Assembly (NCBI GenBank): GCA_965178125.1
Contig: OZ237750.1
Span: forward strand, 310,001-374,000
Origin: Bilabrum cf. latius
Taxonomy: Eukaryota
Direction: 5' to 3'
Length of the DNA: 64,000 bases
Numbering within the stretch: the first letter of the stretch is position 1; each line of letters starts with the position of its first letter. Both the position numbers and the translations under genes were made by a program. This document shows, one piece after another, positions 49,373-61,366 of the stretch. The notes beneath the pieces are model-generated. The model searched no databases. It saw nothing but the letters and a program-made list of their open reading frames with translations, and was not told the DNA's origin.

Positions 49373-51511
49373 ATGTCGTCGCCGCTTCCTCCGAGTCGGC
49401 TTGCGACCACCGGGATCGGATCAGTTCAGGAGGCGAGCACAACATGCAATATTCCACAATTAGGCACTATGCACGGTGCCAAATACGGTCAAAGGCCTCG
49501 CAGAAAGGGTATATCGAGGAAAAAGCTAAGCTACGCCCGTCTGTTGGATGATAGCGTCGCAAGCAGTTCTGTTCGGAGCAGCCGAACTGGCAACTCTGAG
49601 AACATGATTGGTTCACCAGAAGAGCACGCAGCATCCAAACACGCAGGGCCCAAGAGGGGGAAATATAGAGAAGTACTCGACAAGTTTGCAGCAGCTGCAG
49701 ATATCGCCTCTCCCTCGCTGAGCAAGAGCGTGCAGTCGCCGGACAAGGTTGGCGCCATCGGTGACAGGCGGATTTCTGCCGGCGGCGCAAGCTCCTTCTC
49801 CGATATCGAAAGCGCATTGCTAAAGAAGCTTGGACCAAGCCCTGGAATACGCAAACCACTCTCTCCGCTCCCTTCAAACTCTGCGTCTCGTGCTGGCCGG
49901 AGCTCAAGGCGCGATTCACAACTGTCTGAGATTCCTGAGAAGCGACGGGTTCGTTTTGCTGCTGGGGACGACATAGAGCAGACGTCTCATTTCCGCAAAA
50001 CGAGTCCAGCTACTCATGCAGTTGACAATGCTCAGAAGCGCCTGATGCGCAAGGTTCTTCGTGCCAGCAAACCGTCTGCCAGAGCGAGGCGCAGCGCATT
50101 GGCCTCGTTCACTCAGCCCAACGATGCTGATGGCGAAAATGCTTCGCAAGAGCAGCCTTTAGAGGACAACCAACCTATCGCAAGGCCTAGTCCGGATCAT
50201 CACACAAGCGATGAGGCCGTTCGTGAGGTACGCAAGACTTCATCAAGGTCAGATGCGAGAGTGGTCTGGCCAGCGAGCAATTCGAGTGAGCAAGCTGCCG
50301 AGCAGTAGCAGGAAGCCGCTCGTGAGTAGGCACCCGTGACCCAATTGAGCTCTCCACGTGAAATTTCTGGTGCTATCCGGTCTCCAGTTGGCGTGGATGC
50401 AGAGTGCGATCCTGCCTTTGCGGGGGAGGTGGACGAGTCGAACGGTGCGGCGCATGATATCGGTGGCGCGAGGCAGACCATCGGAGCGGATTCAAACGTG
50501 GTAGACAAAGCACCTGAGCTGGATATCTCAACGAGCATCAAATATGTCACTGAGACAGCAGCGCACGAGATTCCAGCGGAAGAGGCAGCAACAAGAACGC
50601 AAGGAGGTGGTGCCGATCGCCGGCAACAGAGCAAGGTACTCCAGCCAACTTCAAGCAAATTGCTGGCACCCGAAGGTCCGTCGTCGCCAGAGATCATTAT
50701 GCTTGACGCTTAGAAGGCTATGCCGCAAGTTATCGAAGCGGAGCGCGAGGATCAGCCAGTTGCACAGGCGGCGAGTCCAGAGGCCGAGGCCGCCTCTTCC
50801 CCCTCCTCCTCCTCGTCCTCCTCCTCCTCGTCTTCCTGGTCGTCATACACGACCGTGGGTGGGCAAGAGCTGCAGCCGAAGCCAGGACCATGGCAATCCT
50901 TTGCAGACACGGATGAAATTGTGCCCGGCGTGACGATGGCCGACATAGAGCGCGCCGCGCTTGCCAACAAGCACGGCAAGCTTGGCCGGCGCTCGGCCGG
51001 GGTGTCCCTGGCACCAGGCAGGTGAGCATCAATTATGCCATGAATAGCACGCCTCGGCAGCTACACTGTCCCATCTATAGTATTTCACTGGACTGCCCTC
51101 CATGCCTAGACTTTCCTTCCCCCTCTCCATTCACGCAGCCTGCTGATGCTGGACACGTCCCGCGTGCAAGCGAGACCTCTGCCTGTCGGCGCCATGCCCC
51201 GCGAGATCAGAGAGATACTGTCGCAGCAGCTCAAGTTCCAGAACAAAATCGACCGATTGCCCCTCGTAGGGCACAGCAAGCAGCTCACGAGATCCCTCAA
51301 AAGGCGCCGCAGGGTCAGGGACAAGGTGCTCGCCAAGGTCATCGAGAAGGTACCGATGCCCGAGTGGGACGAGAAGCACGGCGAAGGCACCAAAGCGGAC
51401 AAAATTGCTGCGGTTAAGGAGATACTGCGCAGGAGGGAGGTGTGCAAAGCTCGCTAGGAGCTTCTGGCGAAGGACTTGAAGGTCGTGCTCGGTAGGAAGC
51501 GTCGGCGGTGA
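49373..51511 (+). CDS. Hypothetical Ser/Arg/Lys-rich protein
   Basis: ORFs 49355, 50336 and 50720 are joined by TAGs (50306, 50327, 50711). After intron 51022-51138 there is a further TAG at 51455 and TGA at 51509-51511. It contains KRRVRF (an RVxF-like PP1 motif) and a basic C-terminus. Confidence 0.65.
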
Positions 51512-52130
51512 TGGATCCTTGACGACAAGGACGAGAAGTGCGATTTGCCCTGAGAAGGACCATTCCAGTGATAATTTTGAGCATATCGTAACGTACAGCT
51601 TTGCAATTCCATATTTTGTGGTATACAAAGCCCATTCTGCATCTCAATCCGATCGGATCCGGAAGAATACTTTACTCTTCGAATAAATTCGACACTGAAA
51701 GAGACAAAAACCTAATGTATGCGGCATTTGCTATGTTTGGCTTGACATATTCTGCGTTTGGTGCTACTGATCCCGTTTTAGAGCTTCCAATCATGGATTC
51801 AGAAGCAATTGCACTTGCTTCTGACTGCATCACACAGCCAGATGCTAGCTGTAGACTGCAGATCTGAGCCGAAACTTGACTGTTGGTTGCACCTAATCTC
51901 CTGGCAGATTGCAGGTACTGTGGGTACCTCCCTCCAACCAGACGTTCCAGTTCGCAGAGCGGGGCATCATGGGCATAGTTCACGTGCCTGTCAACCCCCC
52001 GGCCTCGGGACCGGACGACAACTGCATCAATGCTTGGGACCCCCTACCAGTCCTACCAAGCAAAAATGAAGGCCAACGGCAACGCGGCGGGGTGCCCCGC
52101 GCTGAGGGGACCGACGCGCAGCCCGTGACA

Positions 52131-52412
52131 CGGTGAACTAATCGCACCCACTAAGGCGCGTGGGGCTGGGCAGTAAGCGGTGAACTAATTGCACCCACTA
52201 AGGCGCGTGGGGCTGGGCAGTAAGCGGTGAACTAATCGCACCCACTAAGGCGCGTGGGGCTGGGCAGTAAGCGGTTGACTAATGGCACCCACTAAGGCGC
52301 GTGGGGCTGGGCAGTAAGCGGTTGACTAATGGCACCCACTATGGCGCGTGGGGCTGGGCAGTAAGCGGTTGACTAATGGCACCCACTATGGCGCGTGGGG
52401 CTGGGCAGTAAG
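52131..52412. repeat. Minisatellite: 6 x 47-bp head-to-tail tandem repeat
   Basis: The unit cggtgaactaatcgcacccactaaggcgcgtggggctgggcagtaag starts at 52131, 52178, 52225, 52272, 52319 and 52366, with no spacers. Confidence 0.97.
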
Positions 52413-52765
52413 GCAGGGTCGCGCGATAGCTCACCCCCATGCGCGACGAGAGGTGATGTGCGAGTGGCACATGGTGCTGGAAAATTCATGTGTACGTGGG
52501 GGGGGGGGGGGGAAGAGCGGCTGGCCAGTACTTGCGTGGGATCATTGTAGACATGCAAATCTCAAGTATGTAGTTCAAGAAAAAACAGACGCCGCAAAAC
52601 TGGACGCTGCTCCCAAGGCCAGACACTGCCATTGCATTGCGCCAAGGGCAACGAGTCCGACTAGAGGGAAGCAGCAGCTGCAGTCGCGGGGGCACGTGCC
52701 CTGTGGCACGCCATTGATGCCGTTCATTTCCATGGCTTCTCCTTTGCTTCTCCTTTTGCGACGAA

Positions 52766-53404
52766 TCAAGCGCTATCTGAAGTATCCTCTCGCCCAGCCG
52801 GCCCATCCGCCTCCCCGTCAAGCAGGACACCAGCAGCCACCTCCGGGTGAGTTGCGTGCGGGTGCTCGTTTGCATGAGCAATGTACGACAGTGCACCGTT
52901 CCAAAGAACAGAGACGCAGTTCGTAAACAGAATCTAGCTCTGCAGCGGGACGACCTTGAAATTAACGAACTGTGCCGCGGGCCATATCGCCCAATTGACG
53001 AGCATCGTGTGCCAAAATTTCGATCGAATCATCTCCACTGGAGACTTCCCCTCAATGACAGCTTTAACGCCATAAAATCCAACCACAAATGTCGGAGCCC
53101 ACAAAAGCTGGTCGGCCGCAACACGAGCCAACACTGCCCGCATGTGGCCCCCTGGGAACTTCCTAGCTAAGAATGGGTACCAATACACCAGTACAGGTGC
53201 CACAAATACTGTCCGGATTCCTCCAATCTTGCAGGTACGCTTCCAGTCCCAATTGCGACTAGCAGATTTGTCAATAAAACGTTCCAGCTACTAGCAAGCA
53301 ATATCTCCGCCGCACCCGATTCCAAACGCAAGGCACATATTACCTACAAGAGGATATCTCTACAGTGAACTGCTATACAGGTATCTCAGGCGATGCCATG
53401 GCAT
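52766..53404 (-). CDS. Mpv17/PMP22 family membrane protein (~212 aa)
   Basis: Translates as MPWHRLRYLYSSSL[TAG]RYPL..GDIAC[TAG][TAG]LE..WDWKRT..VAPVLVYWYPFL..DQLLWAP..NWAIWPAAQFVNFKVVPLQS[TAG]ILFTNCVSVLWNGALS. Ends at TGA 52766-52768. Confidence 0.92.
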
Positions 53405-53547
53405 CACCAGTGTTGAAAACCACACAGTTTTCGTCGTCCACTGAAGCTGGCGCCGCGCACGATGCGACCAGGTGGTTCCGCAAGTACTTGCTCGGTGCGA
53501 GCATTGCGCAAATTATAGGGTATTCCATCGGAAATCGTGCGCCAAAC

Positions 53548-55110
53548 ATGTCAGTTCCATTATTTCAGCTTCACACACGACGAGATCTTGGGCCAATGCT
53601 TGGATGTGGCTATGAGTGGAAGGTTTATCTTCCGTCTTAGCTAGTACTATCTGCGTCGTGCGGGCGATCGTGCGTTTGGAAGGTGGCAAACAGAGAGTAG
53701 TCACTTCAATCACTAGATTTATTGTACCGCATCCCGTTTACGCCCTTTCTTACCGGGTATGGCGAAGTTCCTGTCGAGGACATCAAGGTTCGCTCCGCAA
53801 GTATTATTGGTGCTCGGACAATGTCAGCATACCTGACTGAAAGAGCGGACTGCGATTTGCTTGGTCGTGTAGCATAGTACAATGGAGAGCTGAATGAGAA
53901 GTACGGTTTTGAAGCAGCTGGTGCCATTATCGCGGCGTCTCTATGGCTGAAACATACTGTGGGAATCTGCGTGGGGGACATCAAGCTGGAGAACTACCTC
54001 GCACTGGACAAGGGGCGCCGCATTGCTCTTTGTGACATTGGCATGGGTGTTCGCTGCGGTATTCCCTGCAGGCTGGCCCCCAATAGGAACTCACAGTACT
54101 TCGCCCCGGAAGCACTTGCCTCGATTCGCAACGGGACTTCCTTCGACCCCGAGCTGGCCGACGTCTTCTCCATCGGATGCTGCATCGTTGGGCTGCTCAC
54201 AGGACGACGAGTCGTCTTCACCGAGAGCGGCAGAGCAGTATACCCCGCCACCATTGGCAGATTCGGCCCGGGAGTCCTCTAGCTGATCGGCATGACCCTG
54301 GATACGAACCCCGCCAAGCGAGCCGGGCTTGAGGAGCTGGGCGACCATCCCATCATCCGAAACACCCAGAGCATGCAGACGCTGCGCCTCATGATGTACG
54401 GACGTAAGCCTTGGCTTGCGAGCATGGCCCATCCTCGGGGCGCGGGTGTCGTGGCTTGGTGTGCGCTGGGGGAGCCCGCATCGAAGCACCACATGCCACG
54501 TGAGCAGCAAAATGTTCAGAGCACCAGGGGGCCGGAGGAAGCCGCCTCACAGGCCTCCACCAGCACCGTGTCGCTGTAGACTGCACGGTTGCATAGCAGG
54601 GGTGTCAAAGAGGGGGGCTCTACATCCTCCTCACACGCCGGACGCGGCAACTCGCGCGATTCAGGTCAAAGCGGCGAGGCCGGGACGACTGGCACCCGGA
54701 CACGAGGTGCGCGGGGAGACCATGTCCAGTGCTCGCCCGCGGATGCTACGGTCGGTACGGGCTAGATGAGAATGGAATCGGTCTCCTCGCCCGACGCCAC
54801 GAGTCCCGCGGTTCCCGATTTTTCGTGGAGCCCCGCCTCCACAGCCTCCTCGAAATCTCTGGGAGGAGGAGGGGCGCGTGCACGCCGAGGGCTGATGCGG
54901 CGAGGGCGCGCCGGGTCTGCGAGGTGCACTCCCAAGGCATCGCCTCGGGAGCGTGGCAAGGGGGGCCGTTCGTGCGAGGCCGCCGGGCCATCTCCTGAGT
55001 ATCTGGACATGCGTGAGCTGTACGCTGCGGCACGGGGATGCCTGCTGCCCTCGTGCTCCGAGGTGCTGCTATGGGGGTGTGCCGTGGCAGGGAGCCGTGG
55101 CAGTGTGTGA
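53548..55110 (+). CDS. Divergent Ser/Thr protein kinase (~520 aa)
   Basis: Motifs: GICVGDIKLENYL, ALCDIG, QYFAPE, ADVFSIGC, LDTNPAKR..HPII. Six in-frame TAGs (53638, 53698, 53875, 54280, 54577, 54763); ends in TGA. Confidence 0.75.
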
Positions 55111-55511
55111 TGCCCGTGTGGATGATGAAGAGGTGGCTATTTTGCTGGTGAATTGTAGTTGCATACTACATGCCGTACGTGCACCTCACGTCAGTTTTTT
55201 GGTCGCTGGAACAACTGGTTGCAACCAGTCCGCGGTCAGTCGCCAATCGAGTCATCGCATTCTTCGCAGCTCTTGGGCCTTACTCGATTCTACAGGTCTC
55301 GCGAATAAGTTTTTACAGGCATGTCTGATGCGTTTATCGTGCCCGGGCGGTGAGCGAAGCTTCCTTTTCACACAATTGGACGTGCGCACTCGCAGAATCC
55401 TCGCTTAGTCTTCTTTGACGTTTCCAAAAACAAGCTCTCGCATGCAGCTCCCGAGGCAGAAAGCGGCAGTCCCATCCTTCTCCGGCACAGTTCAGTCCGA
55501 ACGAGCCGCCA

Positions 55512-58500
55512 ATGCAAGTTCGAGCGGCTTCAATCAAGAAGTCAGCGACCGTGGCTCCACCCTCGCTGCCTGGAGCGTCCACCACAGGTGATAGACCGGT
55601 CGCCACGATCCGAACGACTGGAGAAATATCGCGATCCCAGCAGTCCTCTGCCTCAATGGTATCTGCCGGCGTCGCTTCGAGGCCACGAAGGCTGCGGCGG
55701 CGGCCTCGAGGAAAGGACGATGATAGCAGCTGCGCCGGTCCGGAAGCACGGAATGGCCGAGCTGCCGGTCATGTGTAGTCAAGCACACATGTAGGACAAT
55801 CGCTAGGCACCGGAGCTTGGGAAGGAGGGCTGCAAGAGCGATCAGAGGTTTCGATCCTGAGATCATCTGGGGCGGGCACTGGAGCTGGCGGCCCACCCTT
55901 TGCGCATTCCGGCCCGCCCCCTCCAGCCGCAACCAAGCGAAGATCTGGGGCTTGGAATGAGGATGACAGCAACGAGCTGCGCAGGGCGGTGGCTCGCGTA
56001 GGTACGGACAATTGGGAGCTTGTGAGAACACCAACGAACTTGGTCGCAAGCAAGGCGCCTTCTATTCCATTGAGTACCCGTGCAGGCATCGATTGCACCC
56101 GTACGCTTTCATTTCATTTTACGTGTTTGCAGGTGCAAAGCCTTATGAGCCGCCCTTGGACCGCCAAGGTCCTGCGAGCTCGCTGGAACAAGGTAATCAA
56201 GCAAGCCAGAGTTAAGGGTGGCTGGATCGCCGCCGAGGACTTGCAGCTGAAAGAACTCGTCGTGTCCATGGGCGGCCCCGAGGGCATCCAATGGAGCGCA
56301 GTCGCCATGAAGATGGACACCAACAGGGATGGGAAGCAGTGCAGGGACCGCTGGCACAACCACGTCGACCCTAGCATACGAAGGGGAAAGTGGACGCCCG
56401 AAGAGGACGACAGACTTTTCTTGTTGCAGAAACGGATCGGAAATAGATGGGCAGACATCGCCAAGCTGCTTAACGGCCGCACTGAAAACATGTGCAAGAA
56501 TCGTTACAACTCCAAGGCGAAGTCCGTGTGGGCCTCGGACCGATGGCCCAGGTTCGACGGCAAGCCGCAGTCGTACATCGACGAGTACCTGGGGATGGGC
56601 AACTCCAAGCCGGCGGACGCCGTAAAGGAAGCCAAGGCAGCTGCTGTGGAGCGCACTGCGACTGCCCTCCGCATGCAAGAGGTCACTAGGATGCGTGGGC
56701 ACAGCGTTGACATGGACGGGAGCGACGAGGACGAGGACGAGGACGGTCATGCAGGCAAGAGAGCCGGCAGGGGCAGGGGCAGGGCAGGCGCGCGGGGCTC
56801 GAGGCGGAGTGGTCCCCAGGGAACAATGGGAAGAGGCAGCGGTCCATCCAGCGGGGCCTCGGCCTCGTCGGCAGGAATGCGGGGCCCCGGCACCAGTAGC
56901 AGGGGAGTGGTGCACGGCGTTGCTGGCTGGGGGCAATTCACGCTGCACGGTTAGGAGGACCTCGCCCGTGCTGTGCGGGATGCGGGGGACAGCTTCCTTA
57001 TCGCTGGGGGTAGCACCCGCGGGATCGATGCGTCGCTGTATAGGGGTCGAGGCGGCGCGCGCAGCGACGCCGAGGCTGTAGGGCGCATGCGCAGGCGGCA
57101 GGTCACTGCCTCCCCGCCTCCGCCTGGTAACGACCAGGATGTGCTGAGGGATTGGGCCCTCAGGACAGCCTCCACGTTTGCCTACGCGCAGAGAGACAAA
57201 TTGATTCCGGATCCGTTCGCGGGCGTGGATCCGGAGCTGGTGTTGAGGATCGCCGCAGCAGCTGGTGAGATGCCACCGCAGTCCGACCAGGAGAAGAGAC
57301 AGACGGTCGCCTTGGTGGCCCAGCTGCTGGCACAAGCACACTTCCAGCTGCAGCGGATGAGTGAGAGCGGAGATGGGGCCACAGAGGAGTAGACAGCCGG
57401 CTCTAGCGTGCCTGAACCAATGTCTGCGGAGGAATTTAACATGGAGAGAGGGCGCGGCGCCGGCAGGTCCGTTGCCGAGGGCGAGGGCGAGGGCGAGGCC
57501 ATGGAAGGCGACATGGATGAACTTGGGTCGGAAAGCGGAAGCAAGACGCGCTCCTCCGCGTCCAATTCGGTGGCTGGGTACAGCGGCAGCACGGGGATCA
57601 CGGGGATAAGCCCGTCTGGCGAATCCACCCCCTCGCCCGCCGTGCTTCAAACGGGAAGGGCGCGAGGGATGGGAGGGAATGGAGGCAGCCAGACTTCCTA
57701 TTACCCGTCGACTTCGCAGCTCGACCAATCCAATTCCGATTTCTTTTTGGGGACCCGCATCGCCAGGCCGGCGCCTGTCTCTGCCGACCGTCCCGCGCAT
57801 GAAGTGGAGCAGTACGTCGGTGCGATGGCCAGGGCACTCATCAGGGTCGTGGGATACATGCAAGACAGGATGGTCATTCCCAGGCACTTCACGCCGCGCG
57901 AGGCCGAAGATGGGGACGACAACAAAGACGAAGAGCCTGAGGCGGAAAGTGGAGAAATGATGGCTGCGGCTGCTAGCTCTGGTGCAGCTGCGGACACGAC
58001 AGCGTTCCCCATGTCTCACAGCTCTGTTGCAAGGCACTGGGACTCTAGCGTGCGAGGAAGCGGCGACGGGCTCGGTTTAGGCGCGGTTCCAATGACGGCA
58101 GATTCTCCCGGTGCACTCCCGCAACGCTCGCCGACATCTCTGGCTGCGTCTGGCCAGGAAAACGGATACTTTGCACAGGCAAGTTCCAGCGCGCGGGCTG
58201 GAGCAACCGCCAGCGATGCTGGACTGACACGCGAGCCAGCTGCGCTCCCGTCAGCCGCCCCGGCAGCAGCCTCTCCCATGCGGGCGGGGGAAGGCGGATC
58301 CCCGTCAGCATCCAGCGCGCACGGGAGGTCCTCCGTCGCTCTCACGGTCAGCACGGAGTCCTCGGCTGCAGCCATGGCGCAGCCCAGGAGCGGCAGCGGC
58401 AGTCACGCAGGTGATGGCGGCGGCAGCTCGTACCATTCGAAGCAGCAGCCAGGTCAGAAAGGATCGTCCGGGATGGAAAGCGTGCCGAGGTCTCCAATCG

Positions 58501-61256
58501 TGTCTCCCACATCAATGACCGAGCGAGTGCCGCAATGGTCCCCTGGGCCCTCGGCAGCGGTAGCGGATGGTTCGGCGCACAGCGTCGGGCGCTTCGTGAG
58601 CTACGGAAGCGGAAGCGCCGCTGATGATGATGACGAGAACAACATGCGGTCTCCGCAACTGGATGCCATGCAGTCTCCCGGCCTCGGCCCTGACGTGCCC
58701 CAAGACCCGAATCCGCACGACATGTCCGGCGTATCCTCCGGCGGACTACAGCGCGGCAGATCAGTCGACGTGCAGCAGCTCTGGAGGCTGTAGTAGCAGG
58801 GAAGCAGTGCAAGTACTGGAATAACCTCTCAATCGCAGGGCCGCCAGGGCAAGCAGGCAGCTCCGACGGGACCTCTGTTCGCGATGGATGCAGTCAATAC
58901 AATCGCAGAGGGTCGCGAGCGGGACCAGGATGAGGGCTTGCGGCTTGAAACTGGCGAGCAGCAGCCGAGTCGCTCAAGCAGATTGAGAAGAGCACCTGCT
59001 AATGGCAGGGGTATTTCTCGAGGTGGGAGGGCGGCCCAGGTCTCCTTATCGCTCGGACGAGGCGGTGCGCAGCGGTTGATGGGGCCGGGCAGCAGCAGCG
59101 GGTCTGGAAGCAGCAGTGCAAGAGGCGACGAGATCGACATGTCGCCACGCTCTGGTTCATTTGGCGGTCGGTCTGGCATGTGGGGCCGAGGCAGCCTCGC
59201 GGGAGGCAGGTCTCCTCTCCGTGATGACGGTGACGGTGACTCTGGCATTGATTTTCGGGGCGGCGGGGCCGATGGTGGAGTGGGAGGGAGGGTGGGGCAG
59301 CGGCGCGGCATCTTGTCAATGCCGCCGAGGGAGGGTTCCTAGCGGGACGATGCAAGTGGTCACGCCGGCCGTGGCGGCACGGTTGGGATTGCTGTGCAAG
59401 GACAAGGACAAGGGCAAGGCACAGGCGGCATGCAAGGCGCCATGCTCATGAGCAACACGAGCGAGGCCCCCTCATACATCGGGCTGACCCCCTCTTCCCC
59501 CAGGTTGCCCAGGGGGGCAAGCGCCACGGCAGGAGGGGCCATCGACTTTTTTGGGCCCAGCGCGCTCGCGGCCGTGTCAGGTGCATCGCATGGCGGTACA
59601 AGGCGGCGCGATCGGATCGGTGATTTGGCCAGGCACTCTTCCCGTGGCTCCGATCTTGAGACGCCCCTGAGCTCTCCGCGGCTGCCTTCATCTAGTGCAT
59701 GGGGAGCACCTGGCCAGCTGCGTGACTCGTAGTAGTCGGATACGGCGCGCAGTAGTGCGTCAGATTTGCCTCGAGGAGTGTAGCCCATGCCCGGCAGCGG
59801 CGCCAGCTCACCCACCACCGAGGTGGCCATGCAGGTGGCCCGCATGAGCCTTCAGGGCGAGGACGAAAAGGAAAAGGATTATGGTGTTGGGAATGGAGCT
59901 GAAGATAGCAACAATGGACAGAAGGCATACAACCGCAGCAGTACTTCTGGTGCTGGTGCCGGGGCAGAGCAGACCAGCGATAGAGGCACCCAGCAAGACA
60001 TGCAGTCCAGCGCGCCATCGATGGGAAGCGGCGGCTTCATCGTGCCACGGATTGAAGTCGCGCGGCTGTCCGTCGGCTCCGAATCGGTGAACAGCGGCGT
60101 CCACGGCAACGAAGGCGGGGTCCACGGCTCCCATGCGGAAACGGAAGCCACGGCCACGCCGACCAGCGGCAGGGGATCCGCCAGTGACGACAGCCATGGT
60201 CATCGTCGTGAGGGCAGGCCTCTGATATGGGGTAGTGCCAGTGCCGGTGCCAGTGCCAGTGCCAGTGCAGGGGCAGCGGTAGGAGGACAGCTGGGTCGCA
60301 CACACAGCAGCGGGCTGTCTTCGTTTCACGGTGGCAGTCCTCCGCGGCCCGCGATGAGGGGGCTAAAGTCCTCCCCTGGGATGGATAGAAGCGGTGGTAG
60401 TCGAGGTGGGGCACAGGGAGATGCCAGGCGCAGTGGTGGCCATGGGAATGGCAGTGGCACTGGCAGTGGCAGGGGCAGGGGATCTAGGTCGAGAGAGCAG
60501 AAGTTCCCCTCAAGCAACGTGCAGGGCACGCCCACTGGCGGCATCGCACTGATGGGGACGCCCGTGGATGGTATGCTGTCTCCTGCTGATGCGTGGGGCG
60601 GCTCTTTTGGTGGTGGTGGTTCAGGTGCGGATGCGGGCGGTGCGGATGGCGGCATCGCGGGAATCTTGGGGTCTGGGACCGTGCTGGGCTCGGGCATGGG
60701 TGTGACGAGTGGGGGTGGCAGGCGCGCCCGGGCCCGGTTACCCGTTCGAGGGAATGCGGGTGAAAGCAGGTCACGCTCCAGCCAGGAGCACTTGTACCGC
60801 AGCTCGGGCAAGCGGGCTGGGTCGGGGCCTGCTTCCATGCTCGGTAGCGGCAGCAGCACGGGAAGGGGCAGGGGCGGGGGGCAGTTTTTTGTCGCCGGTG
60901 GGCAGGAAGGGATGATGGGTCCGTCTCAAGACTCAGCCTCGGTGGGCAGCCGGAGCGATTCTGGCTCCGGATCCGGATCGGATGACCACTTGCTTCGCGC
61001 GTCGATTGGGTCTCTGGGCAGCTTGACTCCCGCTGGTGGTTCCGAGCGGTTTTGGGGGCAGCGACAGCAGCGTGATGGGTCTGTCGGTGGCAATAGGGGC
61101 GTGGTTTCCTCGAGTCGGCCTCCGGAAGATGAAGGGGGGACACGATTGTCGGCCTCTGGTGTTTCGCAGGTGCAGGTGCTGGACAGTCTGCTGCAGGCAG
61201 GCCCCGACTCGATGCGGTCGGACGGGGCCACTGGCAGGGGAGATATTCGAGATTAA
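55512..61256 (+). CDS. R1R2R3-type Myb transcription factor with long Gly/Ser-rich tail (~1877 aa)
   Basis: Three Myb repeats: GAWNEDDSNELRRAVARVGTDNWEL|VQSL..RARWNKV, KGGWIAAEDLQL..WSAVA..RDGKQCRDRWHNHVDP, and RGKWTPEED..GNRWADIAKLLNGRTENMCKNRY. Intron 56022-56132; nine in-frame TAGs; ends at TAA 61254-61256. Confidence 0.85.
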
Positions 61257-61366
61257 TGGATCGTGGGGTTTCCAGGCTGTTGCTCGTTTCGTTGTTCTCA
61301 GAATGCTTCGTTTGCTTCGATTCAACTCACTCTCAGTTGCAACCGGCTGCCGACATCAACCGATGG

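Noticed and set aside
51601-52136. Short ORFs next to the 47-bp repeat (possible small secreted protein or gene remnant)
   Set aside because: I could not build a consistent exon model or recognise any homology.
52131-52412. CRISPR array
   Set aside because: The units are contiguous with no unique spacers, there are no cas genes, and the context is eukaryotic.
61254-61258. TAATG overlap of the Myb stop with an ATG in the anoctamin frame (translational coupling)
   Set aside because: Downstream in-frame ATGs (61367, 61406) are more plausible starts for a monocistronic eukaryotic gene, so the overlap is probably chance.
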